Assembly: GCA_010909165.1 (NCBI GenBank)
Contig: MU008158.1
Location: forward strand, 2,319,478 to 2,383,477
DNA: 64,000 nucleotides
Source of the DNA: Anthoceros angustus
Taxonomy: Eukaryota > Plantae > Anthocerotophyta
Reading direction: 5' to 3'
Shown: piece after piece, positions 49,154 through 61,324 of the stretch
Numbering within the stretch: position 1 is the first letter of the stretch
How the letters are laid out: every line of letters starts with the position of its first letter
Made by a program: the position numbers and the translations under genes
The notes under the pieces: generated by a model
Told to the model about the DNA's origin: nothing
What the model saw: the letters and a program-made list of their open reading frames with translations, nothing else
Databases searched by the model: none

Positions 49154-49806
49154 ATGGACCCGGGACAGCAGCAGCTGGCGCATGTAGGTCCAAGAGGGGC
49201 TCAGGCTGGGATGCAGCAGCCGCAGCTTACTCCCTCTATTCCTCAGCAGAGAGGATTGCAAACCGGCCTTCAACCAGGTCAGCTTCCTGAGCAACATCAA
49301 CATGCTTCTGCGGTGCCGTACGCTTATTCTCCGTCTATGAATCATTACCATGCTGCAGCTTCTTCTGGCATGGGCTCTATGTATAATCAGCCGTATCATA
49401 TGCCCTATCAGCTACCTGGGACCTCACCTAGAGCAGCAGGTTTGCCAGCAGGACATAATCAGAGTGTCCCAGTTTCAAACATGATGCCCTTGCCGAATTC
49501 GCAACAGCACATGACTGGCATGCAGCCTCAGCAGGTTAATACGGCTCAACAGGCTGGTCTTCAGGTGTGTGTCACCGTTCCCTACGCTGCAGCACTGCCT
49601 AGTTGGTTTTCACGCAGGTTATGTGGGCGCTGTGGTCGTGGGGGGTTTAGTGATTCTAGATTGGGGGCTCAATGCAGGTCAGGGCGAAAACCGGGTCGCC
49701 TATGCCGGGGCAATTGCAATCAGGGGCAACGGCCACCTACCAAGGGATGCAGTCCATGGGAGCTCTGGGCCACCAGCCTGCCAGGCCACCTGGAAATAGT
49801 ACTCCA

Positions 49807-49838
<32 letters not shown>

Positions 49839-50998
49839 GCAACAGCGAACCCTATCGTCCGGTACAAAGTTCCCGCCGCAGCAGCCTGGCATCCCTACGG
49901 TATGGCTTTCTTTCTGGTAGAGAGTCCTACTCTGAGTGTTGATTTAACGCTAGTAGCTCATGTTGGCTGTGAGGATTGACTTCAACGCCGTTATTTAAAT
50001 ACCTGCGCAAGTGACACCTCGTTCAGCAAATTATGCAGAACCAGCAATGGGCTGCAAAGCAGACTGGGTTGCCCTATAGGCAAGCTGGGGGGCAGCTGGC
50101 TGGTCCAAACCACCTTGCACTACAGCAGCAGTTACCATCCCCGAATTATGCGGTGGGGAACTCTCCACTGCCACAGGGACATGCCCAGGGGCACCTTCAG
50201 TCCCAGCTTCAGTCTCAACAGTCTATGACACTGCCTCATTCGGATTCTCAGCTTCCATCACAGCCTCCTAATTCCCAATTAGATTCACAATCTCATTCCC
50301 AATCGCAGGCCCATTCACCCCAGGTGTTGGTGGCCCAGACACAAGGCGTGCAACGGTCGCAGCCCTCACCCAGTGTCAAACCGGCTGGCCAGCCTGGCAC
50401 GGCCGGGGATGGTCAGCCACATGGTCAAGAGGGGCAAAGGTATCTTGGCAGGAGGAATCTACTGCGGCTGCTTGGGGAAGTGAGTCAATCTTTCCGGTTT
50501 TGGTTTTAAGCTGTTTCTTAGTGGCAACAGGTCTCGGCATTTTGTAGTATGTGTTTCTAGTCGATGCGTTTGTTTGTTTTGTAGATCGATCCACAGGCGG
50601 TAATAGACCCGGATGCAGAAGAGGCCTTACTTTTGATTGCAGAGCACTTCGCGCAATCGGTAAGATATCTCTGCTGTCATGAATATCATGTCCATGATGG
50701 GTTAGTTTTTTTTCCTGATGGACAGACTTTAATTGCAGGTACTTGATTTTGGTGTCGACTTGGGGCAACATCGGCACTCTGATACCTTCGACGTGTGCGA
50801 TATCATCTTGCCTCTAGGTAATAATACTTGTCTTCAGCACCTCAACGCTGGCAAAGTAACCTGATCGAGTAAGTGGTAGACATGGTGGAGTGTTCACTAT
50901 GTCCATTTAATGTAATACTGTGTTTAATTGCAGAGCGCCATTACCACATTAAAGTTCCAGGCTTTAATTCGGACGACTATAGATCATACAAGAAGCCA
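49154..50998 (+). CDS. TAF12: TFIID subunit 12 (Q/P-rich N-terminus + histone fold); exons 49154-49564, 49678-49899, 50027-50479, 50585-50659, 50739-50817, 50934-50998; final exon not located
   Basis: The spliced C-terminus LLRLLGEIDPQAVIDPDAEEALLLIAEHFAQSVLDFGVDLGQHRHSDTFDVCDIILPLERHYHIKVPGFNSDDYRSYKKP follows the TAF12 pattern (IDP...LD.evE..L..IA..F......akHRks..le..Di...lER.w.i.iPGF). Confidence 0.8.
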
Positions 50999-52881
50999 GT
51001 AAGTCTTAGCAGAGTTCTGCCCTGTTTCTGGTTTTCTCTAGGTTGCCAGATGCTCCTTTGTTGTCTCCCTTCACTCGCACATTGTTAGGACATGATAGTA
51101 TGTTTCGCTGCGGCTGTGTGCATGCTCAGAATACACTTATTCGCAAAAGTGTTGTTTAAGGTCATGAGTTTCTTCTGGGATGTTTGATATTGCCCTCCTA
51201 GCATGTACCTCACGCTTCATGTGTTGTTGGCAGCGCAAAACTTGAAAGGTCACTTCTGCTCCCTATGTAACAGTATTACGATTGATTTTGTTTCTGGTGT
51301 AAGGGACACAACTTTTTCCTGTACATGATGTGGTCAGGCTCTGGCCATTCCCGTGTTTTCATCCATTCATTCGGAATAGCTGTCGTACAAATTGAGCGAT
51401 GTTAATTCATGGTTGGTTGATTCATTTTTGGGCCTGTGGAAAGCCCGATTGCTATGATAGGGACACGAGAGGGGTGCCGTGGTGCAAGTTGATACATCCT
51501 CACCTGGATTTAGGTGCTGGCCATATTCTCTTGGGTTCTTGCTTAGATGTGCACTGGATTCATTTCTGCAAACATGCTTTTGCCTCAAATCAGGAGAAAG
51601 GGAAGGCACGGGTGTCTGCTTGCAGTCTATGGACACATGCTTTCTGTTGCTAGCTTGCAACTTTTGTGCCAACCTTATTTACAGCTGGTTATCCATTTTT
51701 GTCAAGCAACTCATCTTCTTAATAAGTGTCATATCCTTGCTCTCCTAGGGGTTCGATGCTAAGTGGATTAGTGACGTACACCTGTCTACTCCCAAGTATT
51801 ATACAGATCCTGGTCTCAAGCGAGGATGCGTCCTACATTTGCAATGTCGAGGTCTGTCTTGGACCATTGCTGCTGTGAGGTTAGAACTTTCAGTTAAAGG
51901 ACCTCCATTGCAGGATCAATTTTTGCTGGTGGTCTCAGCACCAGGACTTAAATGTGAGGCATAGTTTCCGACAATGCCAATTCAGAGTCCATATTTTGTT
52001 GGACGCTAGAAGTACCTGCACGTTGAGCCTTTTTCTGAGTGACTGGTCTCACTCATGCGGAAGCTTACCTTCTGATGCGCATGGTACAAAAAATCGCTGG
52101 ACGAGTTGCCACGAAACTGAAAAGACTTTTCCCGTTCGATGCAAATCAAATACTTAATTCTTATCTTGCCTATCCACTTACTTGATTCGTAGAACGAATT
52201 CTTGTTTTGATGAGAAAGGGCTTCCTATCGTACCTTCAAGATACATCCAAATGCTCAGCTACCCTAGAATTCTCTCTCCAACACGCAAGCTGGCAGAAAT
52301 AAGCCACTGTCGGACTTCCAGCTACACAGACAGTCCGAAGTAGTGACTGCCAATCCCCCAACAGAGGGCGAAAAAACTTGTCCACGTTCAACTCCACAAG
52401 CCCCCTAAAAGCATTTTTCGTAACCAAGTCCGCACTCGCAGCAACTCTCTCGCATGTAAAGCATTGGCAGCTACTAGGCGGTCGGGCAGAAGGCCTGATG
52501 CTTACTAGGCCGAGCTATGCCTCCGACGGTGGGCAGCTGGTACGTTAAGCTAGCTCGGTAACAAGTTAAAGGAAAAGAACTCGCCATAAGCAAATTGCAG
52601 CCTGCAAGTACACGACTAAGAGTCCAGAAATTTGTCCCGACTGTCCGCCAGCCATGGATTTGCATTGAGCAGTCTTCCACCCTCGAGGGGTAACCTCTTC
52701 CATTTCAGTCGTCCACTTCACCAGGGAAACCCTACCTCAGCGCAATTGTAACCTATCGCTATGGCGTACATAAAATAATTTACTCCTTCCGTTCGCCGCG
52801 ACGCTCACATGTTCAAGCTGGTGCAGTAGGTGAAAATCGCCTGGAAAGCCTGGAAGGATTTGCCTGCCCTTGCAGCATGAA

Positions 52882-53361
52882 TCAAATCCTGTCCACTTTA
52901 TCCGCCTTGATGACAGGGTTGGCCTTGGCGATGGCGACTTGGCCAGCAGCCTTGTAGTCGATGGGGCAGCTATGCTGGTTAGAGGGCCGATGCATGCTGC
53001 AGTACGTGTTGCCGCAACGGCATCTCAACCCCGTGTACCCCACCCGCTTGTTGCACTGGGCGCAGCGGCCAGGCTTCGGAGGCTCCGGCTGTGAAACATC
53101 CCCCGTCGCCGGCTCTGCGGTGGCGGAGTGGGAATCCGCCCCTGCTTTCGACGCAAAACCTTCTGCCACTACGGCCGCAGAGGCCGCCTTACTGTCCGCT
53201 GCAACCTCCTCCTTCACATAAGCCTTGTAGCAGAGAGAGCACATGTCCATGGTGGAGGCACTCCCGAAGAAGCCGCACCCGTTCTTGCATAACACTGGGC
53301 CGTCGGGAGGCTCCCGTCCTCCTGCTTCCTCTCTACCAGGCGTCATCCTCGGCTGATCCAT
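52882..53361 (-). CDS. A20/AN1 zinc-finger stress-associated protein (SAP)
   Basis: A20: LCKNGCGFFGSASTMDMCSLCYK. AN1: RCAQCNKRVGYTGLRCRCGNTYCSMHRPSNQHSCPIDYK...NPVIKADKVDRI. The start was placed at MDQPR. Confidence 0.9.
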   Translation of the reverse strand: MDQPRMTPGREEAGGREPPDGPVLCKNGCGFFGSASTMDMCSLCYKAYVKEEVAADSKAASAAVVAEGFASKAGADSHSATAEPATGDVSQPEPPKPGRCAQCNKRVGYTGLRCRCGNTYCSMHRPSNQHSCPIDYKAAGQVAIAKANPVIKADKVDRI

Positions 53362-54261
53362 GCAACCCGGATCAACCCTAGCGGCTCCCCCTCGCTGCTG
53401 AGCTCCACACAAATCCTTCCGCTCCCGAGATGAGCCGAATGAGCCTGCTCCGCCAGCCTCCCTCACCAGAAACCCTGAGGAGTGGTTTGCCCAACCCTGT
53501 AGCACCCTACAGTTGCCTGCTGCGCCGGTTTCTGGCGATGAACAAGACAGGGAAGCTCCCGGTATCCATATCAACTTGCCGCTTCTGCTGCGCTGGGAAA
53601 AGCCGCTTTTAACCAGGATTTGGATCACAGGCGGTGTGCGCTTGTGTAACCAGTGCCAGAAGAGGCCGAGAATTTCTCTGAAGCTTCTGGAACACACCCA
53701 GAAAAGAGCAGGAAAAGTACATACATAAAAGGGAAGCCCAAAAATTACGAGACGTCCTTCTTGCACACCACCTCACCTGCTTATTCTGCCGATCTGTCCT
53801 AATAAGTGATGCGTTCCTGCCCCCAGGATTACACCACAATTTCTGAAATCGTCAACAGTGCCATAATTCGCAACTCTTGGTAGCCTGCATAGTTGCCACC
53901 CAATTCGGGAATCGCATGCTCTGGCGCGGCGTGCCGAGCTCGCATTTTGATGAATGCGTCACATGCACGGGTGACGTGATGCAACCACACACTTTTTCTT
54001 CTGCCGGGTTTGGCATTCCGTCAGTCCTTCGAAGCAACAGTTTGTAGTCGACGTACAGGTATGGCACGACCGACGAAGGACACAAACTACACTACATGTA
54101 TCCAGGCCTGGGATGGTTGAGAGCCGTATTAACTATTTCACGCACAATCCTTGAATTGAGGGAGGACGCCTGAATGTGGCCTCGTACATAAGCAGCCGGG
54201 GTCCGGGAACATGCGTTGCAGGCGTTCACCTAGCCAGTTACTGTGCGGATGCTGGAAGAGG

Positions 54262-56639
54262 CTAGTGTAAGGTGGTCTGGATGAGCATGCGAGTGACCAC
54301 ATAGGGGTCGACGTTGGCGGCTGGCCGGCGGTCCTCCAGATAGCCCTTCCCTGCAAGGGACACGGGAAGAGGGATGCGGATGGAGGCGCCCCTGTCAGCC
54401 ACGCCCGACTTGAAGGTGTCGATGCTGGCAGTCTCGTGCCTGCCCGTCAGCCGTTTCTCGTTGCCCGTGCCATACACTGCGATGTGCTCCTTGTGCTTGT
54501 GGGACAGCTTCTCGATGGCAGCGTGGATGGCCTTCAGGCCGCCTTCTTCCCTCATGGACTTTGTGGAGTAGTTTGTGTGGGCTCCTGCTCCGTTCCAGTC
54601 ACCTGTCATCGGCTTGGGCTCGAATGTGCTGATGATGCCGTAGTCCTCGCCCAGTCGGTGCAGCAGCCACCGGGCCACCATGACGTGGTCTCCGGTCTCC
54701 AGGGGACCTGAAGGGCCGATCTGAAACTCCCACTGCCCGGGCATCACTTCTGCGTTCACCCCGCTGATCTTCAGACCCGCCTGCCATGGCACAAGCCGAG
54801 CTACTTTCAGGATTCATCTCGGCAGGCAATGGAAGGAGAAAGGTGACGGGTGCTGCACAGACGTACCTTGACGCAAGCCTCCAAGTGGGCTTCCACGAGA
54901 GGACGTCCATACACGGATTCCAAGCCAACACCACAGTAGAACGGCCCCTGGGGATGGGGATAGCCGTTTTCTGGCCATCCATACACCTTCCCGGCTTTGG
55001 AGAACATGGTGTACTCCTGCTCGAAGCCGAAGAGAGTCTCTTCTGCCAGGACCTTGTCGTTCAAGAGGTTGAGCACCCCCCTGCGGGTGTTGGTGGCGTG
55101 TGGTGTGCCATCGGCGTTCAACACCTCACACAGGACCAACACATGGGGCTCACCTCGGATTGGGTCCGGTGCCGTGAACACAGGCTTCAGAATGCAGTCG
55201 GAGAAGCCACCTTCGGCCTGGCCAGTGCTGCAACGTCCCAGCCATGGACATGACTTTCCCTGACCGGCAGGAGCTAGTTCACACAGACAGGGCCCTAAGA
55301 ATCTTATACAATTTCTAAAACTATGCTTCAGATTACATACCTTGAACCGTCGAAGGACCACTCGGGGTAGCTGTCGACAGATCCTACTGTCGGAAGAGGG
55401 TCGGGGATAACCTTAGTCTTGGATCTCATCTCGTTAAACAGGATACCTTTCTTCCCCTCCTGCCCATCCATCCATATGTATTCCGCTTTCTGAGCGGCAG
55501 CAATCACGTGCAATTTCCCCTGCAGAGACACAGCTGATGTCAGAAGGCTAGTTAAAGCGGACCAAACAACAGTGTCAAGGTTCAGATAAGCTTTCGGGAT
55601 AAAATTTTGGTGGTGAACATGAGATCGCACGCGGATGACTCACACATGAAGAGTTACGGCTCTGTAGTCTGTAAAGCATACCTGCAATGTGCTCTTGGCG
55701 TGGGAACGCGACGATGCCGAGCTTCGGAGCTCATTGCTGCGGAGAAAACCAGCAACCTACGGAAACATTGCACTCCACTGTTACACATACAAACGCAGCG
55801 CCTTCCCTAATAATAAGCCGGCTATCCTGGAACAGATAACATCATGCCACACGATTTGTGATTGTGCATCTGCACGAGTGCACGACACACGCACACACCG
55901 ACTGAAGGATTGGCTCGCCAGCGATACCAAAAAAACCTTCCCAACAGCCAAAGCTGTGAGGCTCCCGGTATCCATTTCCTGACCCCCGCTCTTGTACACT
56001 GCTACTTGAGACAGCAATGAACATTTCATTTGACAGCTCATTCGACGATGAAGCACAGAAAGCGCACAGTCCTCTCAATGCACATTACACCTTGCAAACC
56101 CTGAGCTCAATAAACCGCAGCTGACAAGACAAATACAGCTCCGAACTGCTCCGGAGCTGCATGCCACTGGCCAGGGCAGCGATTTCACGGGGGATACAAT
56201 GCTAAGGCAACATTTGACGTCAAGCCAAGAAAGAGAGCAGAAAAGAGCTCGCCTACACGCAGGAGAATGAAAAAACAAGCATCGCACAAACGCACCAAAG
56301 CCGCAGCCTTGCAACACAACATCCAGGCCGCAGGCGCAAGTCTGCCACACTACATTTTCTCATTTCTCTTCACTCCAGGACTGCGGACAAGCCGATATTC
56401 CAAGCCACAACAAAACACGAATTACAATGAATCGCGCGCAACGCACGGCTTTGGGGACAGGCCGCCGGACTCACCTGGCCAGCCTGATCGAAGAAATGTG
56501 AGCGCAAAGGCGTGGCAACAAAGGCCCTGGTGCTGGCGGCGCTGATCCTCTGCTTGCTCACGCCCCCGTCCTGAGCCGACACGCGGGAGAGAGTGGCGGC
56601 AGCAGCGGCTTGCTGAGTCGTGAATGCGGAAGCAGCCAT
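54262..56639 (-). CDS. Glutamine synthetase type II, bacterial-like GSIIB clade, with N-terminal transit peptide; exons 56639-56475, 55519-55341, 55227-54867, 54780-54262
   Basis: AEYIWMDG...[77 protein letters not shown]. The N-terminus is A/S-rich. Extra small exons in the ~950-bp first intron cannot be excluded. Confidence 0.92.
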
Positions 56640-57766
56640 GGCTGAGGCTACGCGACCAGGCTTCCTGGAATCCGAGTTGCAACAGCAGCTCACACAAAAG
56701 CTTGAAGGCGGGGGGGCGCTAGAAATGGAGGCGGAGACAAGTAGGCGACAGGGAACATGGACCACCGGCCGACACTGCCGGTCAGGGGCCACCCAACGCT
56801 GCCCCCACCCGGTGGCCATAGCGAGCGGATCACCGGATAGACCGGTGAATAACGGACTCTTCCCGGAAGGAGGCGGTGGCGCTTATTGATGACGCAGATA
56901 GGGCGATCCTGGTTTCACGACAGCCGGACGACAGGTCCAACTGATGACCTACTTTAACGAGGTGGAGGTCACTTCTTGCGTTTTAGCGAGAATCTGCCAT
57001 GCTTGCGGACAAAGAAATCTTATCATGCTTGTGTAACACAAGGAATTTTTCCATGTTCATTATCTGTTGTTAGTACAGACCTGTTAAATATTATTTATAA
57101 TCTTGAGAATGATCGTAAGCAAAGTTGTCCATTTGGATGATTGAGAACACATATAAGATAAAAGTTAGTAGATAGGTTTTCTAAGTTCGAACTAACTATC
57201 GTATGATTAATTATGGATTCCGCTCATGCCAGATTTCTGTAGCACATTATTCTATGATAATTATCTCGATGTGAATACTTGAAAACTGGAAGATAATCTT
57301 TGTCATTCTTTTGGAACCCTCCAATACACTCTTTTACGTTTCTTTTCACATTTAACAAAGCTTTAACAGAAAACATATCTGAAATTAACATATAAATATT
57401 ATTTTATATAATGTTGGTAATACGTAACTAGCAAGGATTTCTAATGATGTCAGAAACTAGGCGCAAGATTTCCCTCCCTTGATGAGTGACACGATAGCCC
57501 ACAATCTACTGGAGTGACACGATAACCTACAATTTATCGGAGTGACATGATAGCCCGGAGTTTATTGGATCTGCCTGGTTCACTAGAACTTAATAGTTAT
57601 GCAACCTTCCGGTAGGACCAATAATGGTATGGGGTACCCTTTCCAGCCTCGATTATTCTTGACCCTTCATTGGACCTAGTGTGACCTAACGGTCTTGCAG
57701 AAAGCCATATAAATATCGATCGATGTTGTTTCACTTGGGAATATTCGGGGGCTTCAGGTGTCCCTC

Positions 57767-57906
57767 CTAGAGAAACAGTACGGGCAGGCGCAGTTGCCCA
57801 TCCTCTGGGATTCCTCCATTCCCAAGCCCACTCGGGCTAGAGAAACAGTACGGGCAGGCGCAGTTGCCCATCCTCTGGGATTCCTCCATTCCCAAGCCCA
57901 CTCGGG
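57767..57906. repeat. Perfect 70-bp tandem duplication
   Basis: 57767-57836 is identical to 57837-57906. Confidence 0.97.
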
Positions 57907-57939
57907 CTCGTCTCCGCTCTTGCTCGGGAAAGGGGGCAA

Positions 57940-58400
57940 GTTTAGGTTGGGCGGCAGAGGGATGCGCGACGGCTAAGGTCCACAAGTACTCTCGTATATA
58001 TGCAGGACGACCACGCCTTCGTCCCCCTTGCCATTGAGACTCACGGAGCCATGGGCAAGGATTTCTCTAGGTTCGTCAAGGCCTGCGCCAACGCTTATCA
58101 TGGCCGCAAGAATGGGGTTGGCCTCCCCCTTTCTTGTATTATTGCTCTCTTCCGGCATAGGGTTTCCATCTCTCGCAAAGGCGTTGTGGCGCGCATTGTA
58201 TGCAGAATAATGAGCGTGGCGTGGGCTCCTTGACACCGGTGGTAAGTAGGCCTTTTCATATCCCTGACCATGAAGTTCTTCGGGCGGTTGGTAGTTTTGA
58301 AATGCATGATCGTGAGGGCTAGTCCCCCTGGCATGGTGCCCTTCATTGGATTTTTCCCCCTTTGTTTTTGGGGTGGATGGGTTTTTCCCATCTCTTTTTT
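57940..58400 (+). mobile_element. 3' remnant of a non-LTR retrotransposon with restriction-like endonuclease (CRE/R2-like)
   Basis: A.KVHKYS...DDHAFVPLAIETHGAMG...LFRHRVSIS resembles the RLE C-terminus (K..KY...F.P.a.Et.G..g...vS.a.qrg). It is followed by a pyrimidine-rich 3' tail. Confidence 0.6.
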
Positions 58401-60059
58401 ATAATAAAGTCTTCTTTTCCTTGGGAATATCACATAATCCTTTTCAAGAATTAACCTAGCAATCCCCTCTGAATTCTTGAAGTACTTTGTCAAGACCATA
58501 TATTGCCTTGCACACAAAACTTCTTAGATGTCATTCTTTTTCTAATCACAACTTAACTCACAAAATTAACTTAATTTAACTAGCGTAATTAGCTTAGCTA
58601 CAGATAATGCTAAGGAAGCCTCCAATCAGGTTATTCTTCTAACTCACCCTATGTTGCATTAACTTGAACTTGAACTTGAACTTGAGGCTTATCATAGCGT
58701 ATGTGAGCTTCTTCTACTTGCTAACGAGTAGTAGCAAATAAGGAGAACGAACATCTTGGCTCCCAAGTCAACCTAAAGAGAGGTCACACATTGTTGATAT
58801 AGATCTAGAGCCAACTATGACTTGCATATGTTGGGCAAAGTAGAGGCTCCCTTCAAGAGAGGGATACACCAGGTGCTCTTGATCCTAGGTCTGAAGGATG
58901 AGAAGTAGATCTTCATGTAAATTTTCCGTCTCTTCCTGCACATTGCTTTTTAGATAGTGTATAGATTAGGTGTTTACATTCAACTTAATTTATAGGACTC
59001 GGAAGAACCTTATAACAGCGGAGATAAACTACTAAGAGGCCCCATCCAGCTTTGCAACAGTGACCCATTGCAGGCAAGAACCATATATTAGGCAGCCACT
59101 AAGGGCTTGATAACATCAGCCATTTCTGTGGGCTAGACAACATATATCGTATTTCAAGTAGTCTTGAAGGGCTTCACAGCAGCCGAAGAGGCTACTTACA
59201 TAAGGCTAGTGTAAGCAGCTGAAGAGGCTGCCTACATGAGGCTTTTGTAAGACCCCTTGAGTAAAACCCCTTGGCCGAAGCTTTCAAGGTATGAGTAAAG
59301 CGCCTTGGCCAAAGCTTCAAAGGAGGTCAAGGCAGGGAGGAAGACTATGTGCTAACATGAATCTGCGACATGATCAATGAACTATCTTTGTCCGGCTCCA
59401 TTGCAATATTTGTCACCTTTCTCTACTATACTTGCAGACTAGCTCTTTGATTGGATTTGACTAGATAAATGATTGTGGTCTTCATCACCTGGGTAGTCTT
59501 ATGAGAGGGTTTTAAGACAATCCTAGCCCTCACCCTAGCTCTAGCCTTAGCCCTAACCCAAGGGGTGACCTATTTAAGGCTATGTTAGTTTTTCTTGAGA
59601 TGATTTTTATTAAAGTTCTAACACAAAAAAAAACATATTATGTTACTTTGGGATGGTAGAACATGTCACCTAGTAGTCTCGAAATTATATGCCTCGTGCC
59701 TCCCTGTGTTCTAAACAGTTGTATCGATTAGAAGCAAGCCAATATATGATCGTGATACAAATTATCATCTAGAACGAGCAACAAGTCATAACATATACGT
59801 GCATAGGTTAATCTGACACATATATGGCATTGTATAAAGTGAGAGCACTGAAAAATATAAAATAAACCTCAACTCTATAATAGAGTTAGGACACGTATGC
59901 ATGTATAAAATCATTGGACACGGATATGGTATTGTGCAAAGTGGGGACAATAAGATTAGAAACATGGAAAATGAGGACTACATATAGAGTTATGACATGT
60001 TAGAACCATGAAAAATATAAAAGAAATCAAATGCCAACAACTTTGAATTAGATGAAAAA

Positions 60060-60260
60060 TGAGATTTGAATCCCCTCCTATTGAAATAATTTATGTCAGA
60101 AGTGGGATTTGAACCCATGAATTAAGTTAGAAGTGAGATTAGAATGCATAAATTATGTTTGAGGTGGGATTTGAACCCATGAATTATGTGAGATGTGAAA
60201 TTTGAACCCGTGAAATTATGTGAGAAGTGGGATTTGAACCCATGCCCTTGAAATCTCATG
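60060..60260 (-). repeat. Tandem array (~6 copies, ~32-bp period) of the tRNA-Leu 3' end / B-box
   Basis: TGTCAGAAGTGGGATTTGAACCCA and variants are the reverse complement of the plant tRNA-Leu(CAA) 3' end, GGGTTCAAATCCCACTTCTGACA. Confidence 0.8.
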
Positions 60261-60331
60261 CCCTCTTCAAATAACAAGAGCTTTCAATTATATCAAAAAT
60301 AAGATTTGAGTTGATGTATGAATTCAATATA

Positions 60332-60429
60332 TGCCTAAAGTGGGATTTGAACCCACGCCCACCTATGCTCCCATTCGGGGGCTAGAACTGAAGTCTGACT
60401 CGTAGTAAGACCATGGCGCGCTGTGAGGC
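60332..60429 (-). pseudogene. tRNA-Leu-derived pseudogene/SINE-like copy with anticodon loop CT-TCA-GT
   Basis: The T-arm GTGGGTTCAAATCCCAC is intact and the variable arm is long. The anticodon stem has a mismatch, and the acceptor and D arms are degenerate. Confidence 0.6.
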
Positions 60430-61145
60430 AGCATAACTGTACATGGCCACAATAGGTCATAGCTCAAGTCAGATCTGTGAAGCACTGATATTCACGGTTC
60501 AAGTAAGCCTCCAAAATAGGCTTATCACTTAAACAAATATTTAACAAGCTTGCAAAATATGCTTATCGGCTGACTACCAAAGCAGCAAAATCCTAATCCC
60601 ACAAACAGCCGCCTGTGAAAAGTGATCCCAGCCACTTGGGATGCTGGCCGCAACTAACAAGATGCGAGGAAAGAGGACAAGATATGGAACAAGTATGTTT
60701 GTCTTTATTTTCAACAAGATAATCTATTAGACAACATCTGCAAATCCAAATTCTACTTGCCACCAGGCCCTACATATATAGCTTCAGGCTGCTCTTTATC
60801 TCGCTACCGCATTTCCTTTATCTCGATATCAGCCTGCTAGATAATATTTATAGTCTCTTGAATATCTATTCTATAAATATTCCTTGTCCCTTTTATATTA
60901 GTCCTAATACTCTAAGACTAATATCTATGGTTAAATCCTTATGTCCATGCCCATCCATACGCCACATCCATACATCCATCCACATGCCACATGACATACA
61001 TCTATCACATGCACATACACATGGCATGCACCCCTGGCATCATCCATCATGCCGTCCTAACTATGTACACACCCTACAACTTTATTATGTACAACTCTAT
61101 TATGTACAGAGCCTCTTTTGAGTCTATGCCATGACAACTACTTGG

Positions 61146-61324
61146 CCGTGGGATTTGAACACACGCCCACCCATTCCCCCTTACGGAGACTAGAACTTGA
61201 GTTTGACTCCTTGTAAGACCACTTGACCATCCCACAACCCTTTCGGGAGCTAGAACTTGAGCTTGACTCCTTGTAAGACAGAACTTGAGTCTAACTCCTT
61301 GTAAGACCACTCATGCATCCTGAC
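61146..61324 (-). pseudogene. tRNA-Leu(CAA)-derived sequence with triplicated D-arm/anticodon half
   Basis: The minus strand begins GTCAGGATG (the tRNA-Leu 5' end), has three GTCTTACAAGGAGT...CTCAAGTTCT segments and ends with a T-arm-like GTGTGTTCAAATCCCAC. Confidence 0.75.

Noticed and set aside
52882-53766. Full 294-aa ORF as the SAP protein
   Set aside because: The N-terminal ~135 aa look like UTR/intron read-through. Typical SAPs start shortly before the A20 finger, so the start was set at 53361.
58098-58517. 139-aa minus-strand ORF
   Set aside because: It is antisense to the LINE remnant and its 3' tail.
59520-59560. Telomere-like CCCTAG/CCCTAA run, and scattered TTTAGGG near 2780-2840 and 31660
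   Set aside because: Too short and degenerate to call an interstitial telomere.
60060-60260. CRISPR-like repeat array
   Set aside because: The spacers are only ~8 bp and similar to each other, the repeat matches the tRNA-Leu 3' end, there are no cas genes, and the context is eukaryotic.
60332-60429. Genuine tRNA-Sec
   Set aside because: The sequence is clearly tRNA-Leu-derived (T-arm and anticodon flanks), and it lacks the long paired acceptor and D stems of tRNA-Sec.
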